DNA of 63,926 bases, filler included, from Octopus bimaculoides (taxonomy: Eukaryota), in NCBI RefSeq assembly GCF_001194135.2. It is 5 parts of 4 records of this genome, joined end to end, with 100 filler letters (N's around TTAATTAATTAA, not from the genome) between each part and the next. Parts side by side here need not be neighbours in the genome. Positions count along the whole stretch, not along the records: positions 1 to 17,273 come from NC_068996.1; positions 17,374 to 35,326 come from NC_068983.1; 3 more parts are not named here. One strand, 5' to 3'. This document shows positions 11,887 through 22,955 of this stretch, piece after piece. Position 1 is the first letter of the stretch. Every line of letters starts with the position of its first letter. Both the position numbers and the translations under genes were made by a program. The notes under the pieces were generated by a model that searched no databases, had not been told where the DNA came from, and was given only the letters and a program-made list of their open reading frames with translations.

Positions 11887-12105
11887 CATGTGTGTGTGTA
11901 AGTGTTCCCTTGCCGTCGCTTGACAACCGATGTTGATGTGTTTATGTCCCCGTAAACTTGCGGTTCGGCAAAAGAGACCGATAGAATAAATACTAGGCTT
12001 ACAAATAATGTGTCCTGGGGTTCATTTCTTAGACTAAAACCCTTCAAGGCGGTGCTCCAGAATGGCTGCAGTGAAGTGACTGAAGCAAGTAAAAGAACAA
12101 AAGAA
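11700..12105 (+). mobile_element. SINE family C with internal (CA)n/(TG)n microsatellite
   Basis: Head ...ggcaagtgtcttctactatagcc...gtggatttggtagacggaaa...gaagcccgtcgta, internal dinucleotide tract, tail gcttgacaaccgatg...cggttcggcaaaagagaccgatagaata...ggcggtgctccag...aagtaaaaga. Confidence 0.88.
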
Positions 12106-12610
12106 TGTATGTGTATGTATGTATGTATGTATGTATGCATGTATGTGTGTGCGTGAGTGCGCGCATGTATATATATATGTGTGTCTTTGTATGTGTGTGT
12201 TTGTATGTGTGTGTGTGTGTGTGTATGTTTGTGTGTGTGAGTGTGCGCGTGCGTTTGTGTCCATGCATATATATATCTTGAAATAATCGCATGTGCACTT
12301 TCTAGAAACTCACACACACACACACACATATGTACATATATTACCGCGTTCATTCATACACTTATAATTAGAAGTATTTTTGAGAAACTATACACATTAT
12401 ACATACATTAGATACATGTACGTATGTACATATGTATGTGTATATATATATATGTATATATGTATGTTTGTGCATGTATATAGTGTATGTATATATATTA
12501 TATATTGTATATGTATATATATATATATATGTATAAATACATCTATATATATATATATATATATACGCATATATACATGTATATATACATATATATGAAT
12601 ATGTATATGA

Positions 12611-12641
<31 letters not shown>

Positions 12642-12691
12642 CATACATAAATATATATACATACACACACACATGCACACACACACACACG

Positions 12692-12740
<49 letters not shown>

Positions 12741-13030
12741 GATATAAATTGACGTTCATACGTAAGTTTACTTATGATTAACATATGTGTACATCACACA
12801 CTTATAAAAATATTTCTTTGTGCGTATATATGTATGAGAATATGTGTCTATATGTATGTGTGTGTGTGTGTTCATGCATCTATGTACACACACATACACA
12901 CACACGCACACGCACATATATATATACTCACATATATGTATGAATGTATATATGTGCATATTTGCATAAACATATATATGTACACGCATGTATGTGTATA
13001 TGTGTGTATGTATGTTTGTATGCATCAGTG
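12105..13030. repeat. Compound (TATG)/(TG)/(TA)/(CA) microsatellite field
   Basis: Directly visible. It is the source of the YI/HT/CV pseudo-ORFs. Confidence 0.95.
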
Positions 13031-13099
13031 TCTGTTTGGGATTTTCGGATAATGTTTTGCCGTCGTGTTTAATTAGCGTTTCCACTCGTCAAATTTATG

Positions 13100-13410
13100 T
13101 GGCTTTCGCTACCCCACCACCACCACCACCACCACTACTAACCACCGCCACCATTAACTCCACCATAATGTATGCCTCTACCATCATCAATGCCACCCTC
13201 ACTACCTCGATGGCTGCCATCCCTAACTTCTCTATCAGAATCACTAACACCACTAGGCATATGTCCATCACTATCACTAACAACACAGCTACAGTCACTC
13301 AACGTCTCCACCGCCGCCGCCACCACCGCCGCCACCACCGCCGCCGCCGCCGTTACCACCATTGCCGTCATTACAATCCCCAACCGCCTTCATAACACTA
13401 CCACGCGCAC
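13100..13410. repeat. ACC/GCC low-complexity region
   Basis: Degenerate (CCA)n/(CCG)n/(CAT)n. Confidence 0.85.
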
Positions 13411-13588
13411 ACGTATATACATGTCTTCGCAAAACATATGTTCTCTCAAATAGGCAGGCACATGTGACTACGCCTATGTTTTAGTGTGTCTATGTATATA
13501 TATATGGGATGTATATGTACATATACAATAAATATTATCACTGTACGAATATGTATGCACTTATATATGCATATATAAAAGCAAATAA

Positions 13589-13620
<32 letters not shown>

Positions 13621-15195
13621 TTATTTGCTTTTATATATGCATATATAAGTGCATACATATTCGTACAGTGATAATATTTATTGTATATGTACATATACAT
13701 CCCATACACTGAAGGATACATGCACACCCACACACACACACACAATGATATTTGCTGTGTTTAACATGAATACATTCATTTGAAGCCATATCAACTTCTC
13801 TTCCCCCCCCCTCTCTCTCTCTCTCTCTCCTCTCATTCCCTCTCACTCTCTCTCTCTTATTCCTTTCCTCTTCCCTCTCCCACCGTTTCTTCCGCTTCCT
13901 TCCATCCAGGTGCGGTTATGTGAGGGGATATGGTTGGGAAGCCCACTTTTCTCCCACATCGAGCCACTTCAAACCCACCGCACCTTCTTCCTTCAAGCAA
14001 AAAATATGTCTACGAGGCGAGGGTAGGAGGGGGTAAAGAGGGCAGCCATTAAACGCTGTGTCCGACGATATCGAAAAACAGGGCCGGTTTGTCGTAGAGC
14101 GGTTAGGGACCAAGTGATGTGTTGTCTTTTTAGATATAGTTGTAGCATTAGAAGTAGTGATAGAGTTGTAGTATTGTTGTAGTATTGTTGTAATACTGTT
14201 GTTGTTGCTGGTCGTGGTGGATGGCAGTTGTGGTAGTTTGGTTGTTGGTCGTGTATTATAGGGATAGTTACTAGGGTGATATGCGTGATGCTTGATGTGA
14301 AAACGGTACTGACATTGTGATGGTGCTGGTACTAGATGTTGCCTGGAGGTATATATATATATATATATATATATATNNNNNNNNNNNNNNNNNNNNNNNN
14401 NNNNNNNNNNNNNNNNNNNNNNNNNNNNNNNNNNNNNNNNNNNNNNNNNNNNNNNNNNNNNNNNNNNNNNNNNNNNNNNNNNNNNNNNNNNNNNNNNNNN
14501 NNNNNNNNNNNNNNNNNNNNNNNNNNNNNNNNNNNNNNNNNNNNNNNNNNNNNNNNNNNNNNNNNNNNNNNNNNNNNNNNNNNNNNNNNNNNNNNNNNNN
14601 NNNNNNNNNNNNNNNNNNNNNNNNNNNNNNNNNNNNNNNNNNNNNNNNNNNNNNNNNNNNNNNNNNNNNNNNNNNNNNNNNNNNNNNNNNNNNNNNNNNN
14701 NNNNNNNNNNNNNNNNNNNNNNNNNNNNNNNNNNNNNNNNNNNNNNNNNNNNNNNNNNNNNNNNNNNNNNNNNNNNNNNNNNNNNNNNNNNNNNNNNNNN
14801 NNNNNNNNNNNNNNNNNNNNNNNNNNNNNNNNNNNNNNNNNNNNNNNNNNNNNNNNNNNNNNNNNNNNNNNNNNNNNNNNNNNNNNNNNNNNNNNNNNNN
14901 NNNNNNNNNNNNNNNNNNNNNNNNNNNNNNNNNNNNNNNNNNNNNNNNNNNNNNNNNNNNNNNNNNNNNNNNNNNNNNNNNNNNNNNNNNNNNNNNNNNN
15001 NNNNNNNNNNNNNNNNNNNNNNNNNNNNNNNNNNNNNNNNNNNNNNNNNNNNNNNNNNNNNNNNNNNNNNNNNNNNNNNNNNNNNNNNNNNNNNNNNNNN
15101 NNNNNNNNNNNNNNNNNNNNNNNNNNNNNNNNNNNNNNNNNNNNNNNNNNNNNNNNNNNNNNNNNNNNNNNNNNNNNNNNNNNNNNNNNNNNNNN

Positions 15196-15247
<52 letters not shown>

Positions 15248-16667
15248 TTTGCAGAGATGTCTGTTGTAGCGGTTGCAGTAACTGTGATAAAAGCAACCAC
15301 AGTAGATAGTGAAGTCCCAGGCCGTTAAAAGAGTCCTTGGGAAACATAAGAAGCTTAGAAGGTGGCGACGGTTTCGGCGGCGGCGGCGGAGGCGGTGGTA
15401 ATGGTGGTGGGGTTATGATGGAAACTGGGTGGCTGGAAAGATGGATGCAGGGATGTGTAGCAAGAAAGATGCGGGGGTTGTGAGTTAACTGCGATATTTT
15501 TCTTGTTTATTGTTCGGGTAAGTGTAGCATGTTGTGTGCGTGCGTGCGTGTGTGTTTGTGTGTATGTGTGTGTGTGTGTGTATGTGTGTGTGTAAGCTGA
15601 TGAGTTCTTATGCGCATGGGTTTGTGGTAGGTAGGTGAGAGTTAGAATGGCAGGGTAGGTGGATAAGTGGTTGAGTTAAGATATTGTGACTCCATATGTA
15701 TGTGTTTGCGGAACTGCGTGTGCACACATATGCATATATATATATATATATANNNNNNNNNNNNNNNNNNNNNNNNNNNNNNNNNNNNNNNNNNNNNNNN
15801 NNNNNNNNNNNNNNNNNNNNNNNNNNNNNNNNNNNNNNNNNNNNNNNNNNNNNNNNNNNNNNNNNNNNNNNNNNNNNNNNNNNNNNNNNNNNNNNNNNNN
15901 NNNNNNNNNNNNNNNNNNNNNNNNNNNNNNNNNNNNNNNNNNNNNNNNNNNNNNNNNNNNNNNNNNNNNNNNNNNNNNNNNNNNNNNNNNNNNNNNNNNN
16001 NNNNNNNNNNNNNNNNNNNNNNNNNNNNNNNNNNNNNNNNNNNNNNNNNNNNNNNNNNNNNNNNNNNNNNNNNNNNNNNNNNNNNNNNNNNNNNNNNNNN
16101 NNNNNNNNNNNNNNNNNNNNNNNNNNNNNNNNNNNNNNNNNNNNNNNNNNNNNNNNNNNNNNNNNNNNNNNNNNNNNNNNNNNNNNNNNNNNNNNNNNNN
16201 NNNNNNNNNNNNNNNNNNNNNNNNNNNNNNNNNNNNNNNNNNNNNNNNNNNNNNNNNNNNNNNNNNNNNNNNNNNNNNNNNNNNNNNNNNNNNNNNNNNN
16301 NNNNNNNNNNNNNNNNNNNNNNNNNNNNNNNNNNNNNNNNNNNNNNNNNNNNNNNNNNNNNNNNNNNNNNNNNNNNNNNNNNNNNNNNNNNNNNNNNNNN
16401 NNNNNNNNNNNNNNNNNNNNNNNNNNNNNNNNNNNNNNNNNNNNNNNNNNNNNNNNNNNNNNNNNNNNNNNNNNNNNNNNNNNNNNNNNNNNNNNNNNNN
16501 NNNNNNNNNNNNNNNNNNNNNNNNNNNNNNNGGCAGTTGGCAAATGCCAAAAATACCTGGCGAAAAAACTATATAGTGATCTCCTCGAAGAAAACCCGAA
16601 GGAGGAGACACAAAAACTCTCAAACGGTAAGTGACTCTCTTTATAAAACTTTAACACTCAAATCAAA

Positions 16668-17273
16668 ATGATGCTCAAGATTGGTTGTGTAAATGCGCGT
16701 GGCTTGGGGTCCCCTTGGAAACAAGGGTACCTCCTAAATGACATAAAGTCACATAAACTAGAAATCATAGCCATAAGCGAGACCAGACTCCATGATCCGC
16801 GGGCCCTATTGTCCATGTTTGGCAGACAGTTTAACATTTATTTTTCTCCCTGTCTGCCGAGAATGGGGGGTTGTGGCACGGCGGTACTCTTTCGCAAGTG
16901 TCTGGATCTCGAAGTAAAAACAGTATTCATAGACCCGGAGGGTAGATTGGTTGTTCTGGATGTCGATGGCAGCGATGGGTGTGCTTTTCGACTCATATCA
17001 GTATACGCACCACCTTTAACAGGTAGGCCGGATTTCTTTCGACGTCTAGAAGTATTCCTAGGAACGTCTCGTCCTTTACTTTTAGTGGGGGATTGGAATG
17101 CTACCTTGGACACGCATCTAGACTATGTGGGCAGAGATAGGAATAGACGGGGATGCAAATGCCTCAAAGACCTGCTCAGACGCTTTCAACTGTCTGACAG
17201 GTACCGACTCGATTACCCGAATGCGCCAATGTGGACATGGACAAACCGCATCGGGTCGTCGAGATCGTATCTA
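16668..17273 (+). CDS. APE-type endonuclease domain of the LINE ORF2, open until the gap
   Basis: Motifs VNARGL, ISETRL, SVYAP, VGDWNA, WTWTN, SRSYL. No stop in about 202 codons. Confidence 0.85.
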
Positions 17274-17373
17274 NNNNNNNNNNNNNNNNNNNNNNNNNNN
17301 NNNNNNNNNNNNNNNNNTTAATTAATTAANNNNNNNNNNNNNNNNNNNNNNNNNNNNNNNNNNNNNNNNNNNN
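17274..17373. other. Scaffolding linker 44N-TTAATTAATTAA-44N (100 bp)
   Basis: Identical structure occurs four times in the window; the 12-mer puts stop codons in all six frames. Confidence 0.95.
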
Positions 17374-18600
17374 TAGCCATAAGAAGTGTGACTGACCAGG
17401 CTGGAACGGATCCTTTTCCGCTTTTTGTGGAATGGAAAACCACCACTTGTGGAGCGCTCCATCTGCTGCCAGAAACTGTCAAAGGGTGGGTTAGGGATGC
17501 CTTGGCTGATGATGCGCATGTATGCGCTGAGGCTGAGACACCTCTGGCTCTACCTGGATGGTCACCGCATGTCAAGTTCTTCCTGCCACAATTGAATGGA
17601 TGACGCGGAGACCGCAAATGAGCGAATGGCAGAGCGAGTGCAGACATGCGCTCGCTCTGTTCTCCCGAGCTAGCAATACCGGCAGCGAGGCTACCACTGC
17701 GGATTTTTATAGCGGGATGGTAGAGCACATGTCCAACGATGTCCTGGGGTGACTCTAGGCTTCGATGAGGAACAGCTTGTCAACCTGTTCAGAAGAACAT
17801 TCGGGCCAAGGTATCTGGACAACTTCCAGAAATCCCTGGCCTAGTTACGCTACCGATCGGCCTTGCCAGTTCGAGAGAGGTTGTCAAGGTATGGTGCTGG
17901 TACCCCAACCACATGCCCCAAGTGCGGGCGTCAATGAAACTGTCAAGCACGCCTTCATACATTGTGATGAACTGAGGGGACTGATAACCTCTATGTCGAA
18001 CAACTGGTGTCAGATACAGAAAGAGTACGGTTATCAACTGAGTCTATCATCAAGACTGTGCCACCTCCTTCCTTTAAGAAGGAAAAGGAGGCGTCATTTT
18101 TCTGTGTAGTAGCCGTATTGAAAAAGACAGTATGGGTGACGCGTGGAAGAGGAATAGAGACAGGTAACTTTATCTCTGGACACGGATTGGTTCGTTTTTT
18201 TAACTACCACCTGTTCAGAAAGATCAGAAAAGATGCCTGCCTCAAAGAACGTTTGAGAAAAGATGGGCAAATGTCGTAAGGAAGTTGAGAGTGAATGGGG
18301 CCGCGCTAGTGTGGCCGGTCTGAATGGAAAATAAGGAAAAAACGGAAGAAAAAACAACAAAAAAGGGTATTATAAAAAGTTTTTTAAAAAAGGAAAAAAC
18401 CGGTGGGTCGAACACGAACCCGAAAAATATACCATCATATAATTTTTAAATTCATTTCCATTTCCTTGTATTATGTAAATTCATCCAATTTCATTATATT
18501 CGATTTTTTAAACTAAGGTATAACCCCAGCCCCTAAATGTTTTTGTTATGTCCTTGTGTTGTCCCCTCTGTGTCATAGCCTGTATGCCGAATAAAAGAAA

Positions 18601-19010
18601 TTAGGTAGTGAGAACCGAGTCTGGCTGACCGGCTGAACAAAACGCCGTCTCGAAAGGAGAAGGTACAAGGGGACAACTATGGTAACTCACCAACGAAGCA
18701 GCTGTCTCGTCCCATAGCTCTCATTTTCACTAACTCACTTTCCTTTCTCTGTAACATTACCATATTTCTTTATATATACTACTATGAGATCGTGTACACA
18801 CATATACAGGCCGAAATTAACTTTCTTTACCTTGCATGCTTTATGAACTGCGTTATACTATTACACTAGCCTACCTGTCGTGGTATGGTATATATTAAAG
18901 TTACGGTAAATAAATATTTCTTTACAACCTCGATCACTGTTCTTCTTTCAACTTGCACACTGGCAACCAACCCCTTAACAACAACCGTTACAAAAAGGTG
19001 ACCCTCGACT
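18601..19010 (+). mobile_element. LTR-like segment ending ...GTTACA followed by a degenerate tRNA-Trp-type primer-binding site
   Basis: AATAAA at ~18909, terminus aaccgttaca at 18992, then aaaaGGTGACCCTCGAC, close to TGGTGACCCCGAC. No internal coding region follows. Confidence 0.4.
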
Positions 19011-19050
19011 GCAACGAAGAACTAACCGTTACATATATATATATATATAT

Positions 19051-19104
19051 CTTTTACTCTTTTACTTGTTTCAGTCATTTGACTGCGGCCATGCTGGAGC
19101 ACCA
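19051..19104 (-). mobile_element. Extreme 3' stub of SINE family C embedded in (TA)n
   Basis: cttttactcttttacttgtttcagtcatttgactgcggccatgctggagcacc is the reverse complement of the family C tail. Confidence 0.85.
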
Positions 19105-19732
19105 TATATATATATAGGTAATGTTTTGAAGATCGTCCCACCAGTTTTATATTTTCTCTTTAAGATGGTTGTGTGTGTGTGTTCACTCACATCTACGTCT
19201 TCTCGATGATTTATAACCATTTATCTCATCATTGAGAATTCAGAAAATTCCGTCAATGCACAACTGAGATCAATGTCCTAAGGTGGTTATAACGATGACA
19301 GGCTAAGTTTGAAGTTTTCTGTCGGGCACATCTGCATATAGAACTCAGCATTCCTACAATTACGTTGTTCTCTAAACAGGTAAGTTCCGTAACCACATGC
19401 ACTTCCAGTCAAGCTATTAACACGCTTCTCATTTGTTATAAAAAGCGTGACCTTAAACATCAGAAACTCGCAACACATAAACTTGCTGTTTTATTTGTCG
19501 GAGTGTACCTGACCACGGTCAAAATTTAATAAAGATTTTGTTTTGCATAATTAAATAAATAATTAATGGTATATCCCTTAATCTTCACTCATCGTTTGCA
19601 ATAACCCCCACCCCACCCCCTAAAAAAAAGACTTTTTACGCTTAGGACCACGAAAGTTACTATAAAGGTTATCTCCCTTGACATTACTTTTTCCAACGCT
19701 ACTTTGTATTTGCCTCTGTGTGTGTGTGTTTG

Positions 19733-20403
19733 TGGTGGTCCAGATGTGGTATCACTATACCCATCTATCGACGTGGATATTGCAATGGAAAAGTGCGTAG
19801 AGATTATCAACGAGAGTGAAGTGGAGTTCCGCAATGTCAACACAGAAGAACTGGGCCTCCTACTTAGATTGACATATGACGATGTATATCTAGATAAACA
19901 CGACCTTAGAGGTTTCTGCCCTAGTAGACGTTTAAGAGGTAGACCACCCACAATTACCTCTATGGCTAGGAAGACCCCTATAGAGAGATGGAGCGGATGG
20001 ACCAGGGCCATACGGACCCCAGCTAATGTTCATCAGGTAAAGAAAATGATCTCACATGCACAAGGAGCTAGTATAAGTGTTACCCTAAAAGGCCACACAT
20101 TTAAGTTTAACAACAAAATATACGCCCAGGACGAGGGGGCAGCCATCGGTGTTAGTATCGCCGGTGATGTGGCCAATCTCTTCATGGTATGGTGGGACAG
20201 AAGGCTTAAGGAACGCCTGACACAGAACTCCATACTCGTGAATATGTACTCTCGATATGTCGATGATATCAACGTAGTGGTAAAGACACCCCCACAAGAG
20301 AGTACTCTTGAAATAGAAATAGAAACTAATACTATAGAGAGCATCCAGCAAATAGCTAACTCCATCCACCAGAGTATTAAGGTTACGATAGACTACCCTA
20401 TTA
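19733..20403 (+). CDS. Penelope-like element reverse-transcriptase core fragment, uninterrupted
   Basis: Motif A DVVSLYPSI (19743), motif B' YAQDEGAAIGVSIAGDVANLFMVWWD, motif C YSRYVDD (20256-20267), then SIKVTIDYP. About 128 aa separate the motif A Asp from the motif B' Gln. Confidence 0.85.
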
Positions 20404-20411
20404 AACGCGAG

Positions 20412-20435
20412 CGTGCATGCATGTATGTATGTATG

Positions 20436-20469
<34 letters not shown>

Positions 20470-20548
20470 TGTGTGTGTGTATGTATGTATGTAGGTATGT
20501 ATGTATGTATGTATGTATGTATGTATAGATAGATAGATAGATAGATAT
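20412..20548. repeat. (TATG)n then (GATA)n tract
   Basis: Directly visible. Confidence 0.95.
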
Positions 20549-20706
20549 ACTAGATTACCTGTGACCCGTTGGATCACCAATAGTTCAAGGTACCTGAGGA
20601 ATCCATGGTCTGATTTATGCAAAACTTCTGTTATTCCATTTGTGTTCACATTTCAATGGTACCTTACTTTCAAAGCATTTTTCCCATTATATGCCAGTTT
20701 GACTAT

Positions 20707-21183
20707 TTATAAAGATACACCCACAAAAAAAATTGCGTATCTTGGTAACCCATGGTCCAATTTACACGCAACTTGTTTTATTCTATTTGTATTCACATGA
20801 GCATCTGATTCATGACATCTCCTGCTTTTGTCTCTTTCCATCTGTTTCACCAGATGCTCAACTCTCTGAGCATCCAATTCCTGATCTTTCCTGCTTCTGT
20901 GTCTTTCCCTGTTTTGTGCCAGACACTCAGCCCTTGCTTTATCAGTTTTATCAATCCTTCTATTCACATGCCTGTCCTGATTTTGGGTAAATATTTCATA
21001 AAGGACTTGTTTGTACTTCGATGTGAAATAATTTTTTTTACAAGTTTTTTTGAGTGTATTCAACATATTGTATTCACCTGCACAAATGATTTGTTTGTAG
21101 TGATCAAATGTTTGTGCTGCACAATCACTCACTCTCTCCATCAAATCAACATTGTTTGAACAGGTGGACTGTGTACGACACAT
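20707..21183 (-). mobile_element. ORF with 23-aa STPR-like repeats, probably a Helitron RepHel N-terminal fragment
   Basis: Three consecutive 23-residue units: KQVLYEIFTQNQDRHVNRRIDKT / DKARAECLAQNRERHRSRKDQEL / DAQRVEHLVKQMERDKSRRCHES. Confidence 0.55.
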
Positions 21184-21189
21184 CAGATG

Positions 21190-21315
21190 TCAAAGTGACC
21201 ATAAAGCAGTGTAAGATGAAGTGTTTTGCTCAAGAATACAACACACTGCTCAGTCTAGGAATTAAGATCATGATCGCTTGGTCGTGAGTGCAGCACCATA
21301 ACCACTAGGCCATGC
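21190..21315 (-). mobile_element. SINE head plus M1-type middle, truncated
   Basis: Reverse complement reads gcatggcctagtggttatggtgctgcactcacgacc...gtgttgtattcttgagcaaaacacttcatcttacac. Confidence 0.7.
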
Positions 21316-21415
21316 ATCCTAATATATATATATATGTATAAGTATATATATCACACAAACACATACACACATATTTATATATATATATATATATATCACC
21401 ATCTACATATAATTT

Positions 21416-21795
21416 TGTTGGCACTCTGTCGCTTACAACGTCGAGGGTTCCAGTTGATCCGATCAACGGAACAGCCTGCTCATGAAATTAACGTGCAAGT
21501 GGCTGAGCACTCCACAGACATGTGTACCCTTAGCGTAGTTCTCGGGGAGATTCAACGTGACACAGTGTGACAAGGCTGATCCTTTGAAATACAGGCACAA
21601 CAGAATCAGGAAGTAAGAGTGAGAGAAAGTTGTGGGGAAAGAGTACAGCAGGGTTCACCATCATCCCCTGCCGGAGCCTCGTGGAGCTTTTAGGTGTTTT
21701 TCGTTCAATAAACACTCACAACGCCCGGTCTGGGAATCGAAACCGCGATCCTATGACCGTGAGTCCGCTGCCCTAACCACTGGGCCATTGCGCCT
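21416..21795 (-). mobile_element. SINE family B, full length (head + middle M2 + tail T1)
   Basis: Reverse-complement head ggcgcaatggcccagtggttagggcagcggactc...ggtttcgattcccagacc. Middle and tail are near-identical to 42312-42597. Confidence 0.9.
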
Positions 21796-22254
21796 CCACC
21801 TACATATAATGTTACATCTATATATACACATCATTATGTTGTGGACTTGTCTGAGATAAAATGTCTTCAGAGATTTGTGTTAAAAACAATATATATTAGA
21901 ACAAGCTGAACATCATTGGTGCACTGACTCATGAGGACAAGCAATGCAGTTCACCTTTCTTAAGGTTTGTCAATACCATGCATCTGATTGTTACCTACTT
22001 AGATGAAATTCATGTCTTCTTAGATAGGAAATTGAATAAAACATCTACTAGTGTTATGGAGGTTCTTTTGGGGCTGCCAGAAAACTCAGGCAATACAGTT
22101 GAGACAGCATTAAATTAAAATCACCATCTATGCATCATGCTATATGTATGCACATTATTACAAGATGTAATACTGTGGTATTAAAATCTTTTCATAGACT
22201 TGTTTTAAAAACACTATATCAGAGCAAGACAAAGTAAATAATGTTGATAGAAGT

Positions 22255-22610
22255 CCATCCTCCCATTGAAATGAACACGCATCTACAATTTCCAAATCAT
22301 GCTGTTTGACACCATAATCACTCTAATCTTTTCCATGCCACCTATTTTTGCCTTCAAGAAAGATGGGAACCTCTGCAACCTCTCAGAAGCTCCATATCCC
22401 CAGTCACACACAACAAGGCACTTTTAAATCCACTTACCATCAATGCAGTACTTGTCCCTACATCAATAACATCACAATTACCATCAGCACCTTAAATCAT
22501 AGTGCCAAATCACACATCTGCTACACTTCTACTGACCTCATCTAAGTCATCACTAACAAACTCTGTGCCCTTCAAATATTCTACTATGTATTCTGAGCCA
22601 GGAACTTCTT
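22255..22610 (+). mobile_element. Neptune-type PLE fragment (RT-EN linker, Cys region, start of GIY-YIG)
   Basis: NFQIMLFDTIITLIFSMPPIFAFKKDGNL...QGTFKSTYHQCSTCPYIN...SHICYTSTDLI*VIT..LCPS..LCI, resembling PP.AFRR..NL / GTF.C..C.TC / C.S.NLIY.I.C..C. Confidence 0.65.
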
Positions 22611-22729
22611 CAATCAACCTGTGATTACCAATACCTAAAGTAGTAGTTAAGATCTCAGCTGTATCATCTGGAATGGTGTGAATTCAAAAATTTAACTTAT
22701 ACCCTGATTAGAAATATGGTAGTGAATAA

Positions 22730-22945
22730 TTCTTTCTACTAAATGCACAAGGCCTGAAATTTTAGGTGAGGGGCTAGTCAATTCTATCAACTCCAGTACA
22801 TAACTGGTACTTATTTCATCAGCATTGACCCCAAAAGGATGAAAGGCAAAGTTGACCTCGTCGGAATTTGAACTCAGAATGTAAAGATGGACAAAATTCC
22901 ACTAAGTATTTTGCCCAGCATGTTAATGATTCTGCCAGCTTACTA
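22730..22945 (-). mobile_element. SINE family A, full length
   Basis: ggatgaaaggcaaagttgacctcgtcggaatttgaactcagaat...gattctgccagct. Confidence 0.9.
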
Positions 22946-22955
22946 CCTTTATATA

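Larger units (their letters stand above)
16532..18600 (+). mobile_element. Third Tx1-like LINE: ORF1 C-terminus, ORF2 endonuclease, [scaffold linker], ORF2 C-terminus, 3'UTR
   Basis: ORF1-like frame stops at 16632-16634 and ORF2 starts at 16668. After the linker: LERILFRFLWNGKPPLV...KGGLGMPWL and TCP..VNETVKHAFIHC, then a C-terminus homologous to 885-1085. AATAAA lies near 18590. Confidence 0.88.

Noticed and set aside
12034-13395. ORFs rich in YI, HT, CV, poly-T/P/R (also at 35, 44-45, 52-56 kb)
   Set aside because: Translations of (TA), (CA), (TG) and (ACC) repeats, with no coding signature.
13100-15440. ACC/GCC block and GGT/GGC block as arms of a large inverted repeat
   Set aside because: The complementarity is only compositional; no alignable unique sequence is shared.
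14271-16671. Long ORFs of 300+ aa here and at 33.7-34.5, 36.1-37.2, 37.8-38.6, 39.6-40.3, 41.3-42.4 and 59.1-60.1 kb
   Set aside because: They are open only because N runs translate as X. The real residues are microsatellite-derived.
17318-17329. TTAATTAATTAA as a homeodomain-like or regulatory palindrome
   Set aside because: It is always centred in 44+44 Ns, so it is a synthetic scaffold spacer.
19165-19385. Strong CAG|GTAAGT donor at 19380
   Set aside because: The nearest good acceptor (19164) gives stops in all three frames, so at most a non-coding exon, which cannot be supported here.
19733-20403. Telomerase (TERT) exon
   Set aside because: The motif wording (DV.SLYPSI, G..IG, RYVDD followed by VTIDYP) and flanks fit PLE RTs. 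No TERT-specific T/CP motifs or exon structure are visible.
22545-22700. Minus-strand protein-like frame (DDTAEILTTTLGIGNHRLIEEVPGSEYIVEYLKGTEF) after a ttccAG acceptor
   Set aside because: About half of it is antisense to the Neptune-type PLE fragment, the donor is weak, and no homology was recognised.
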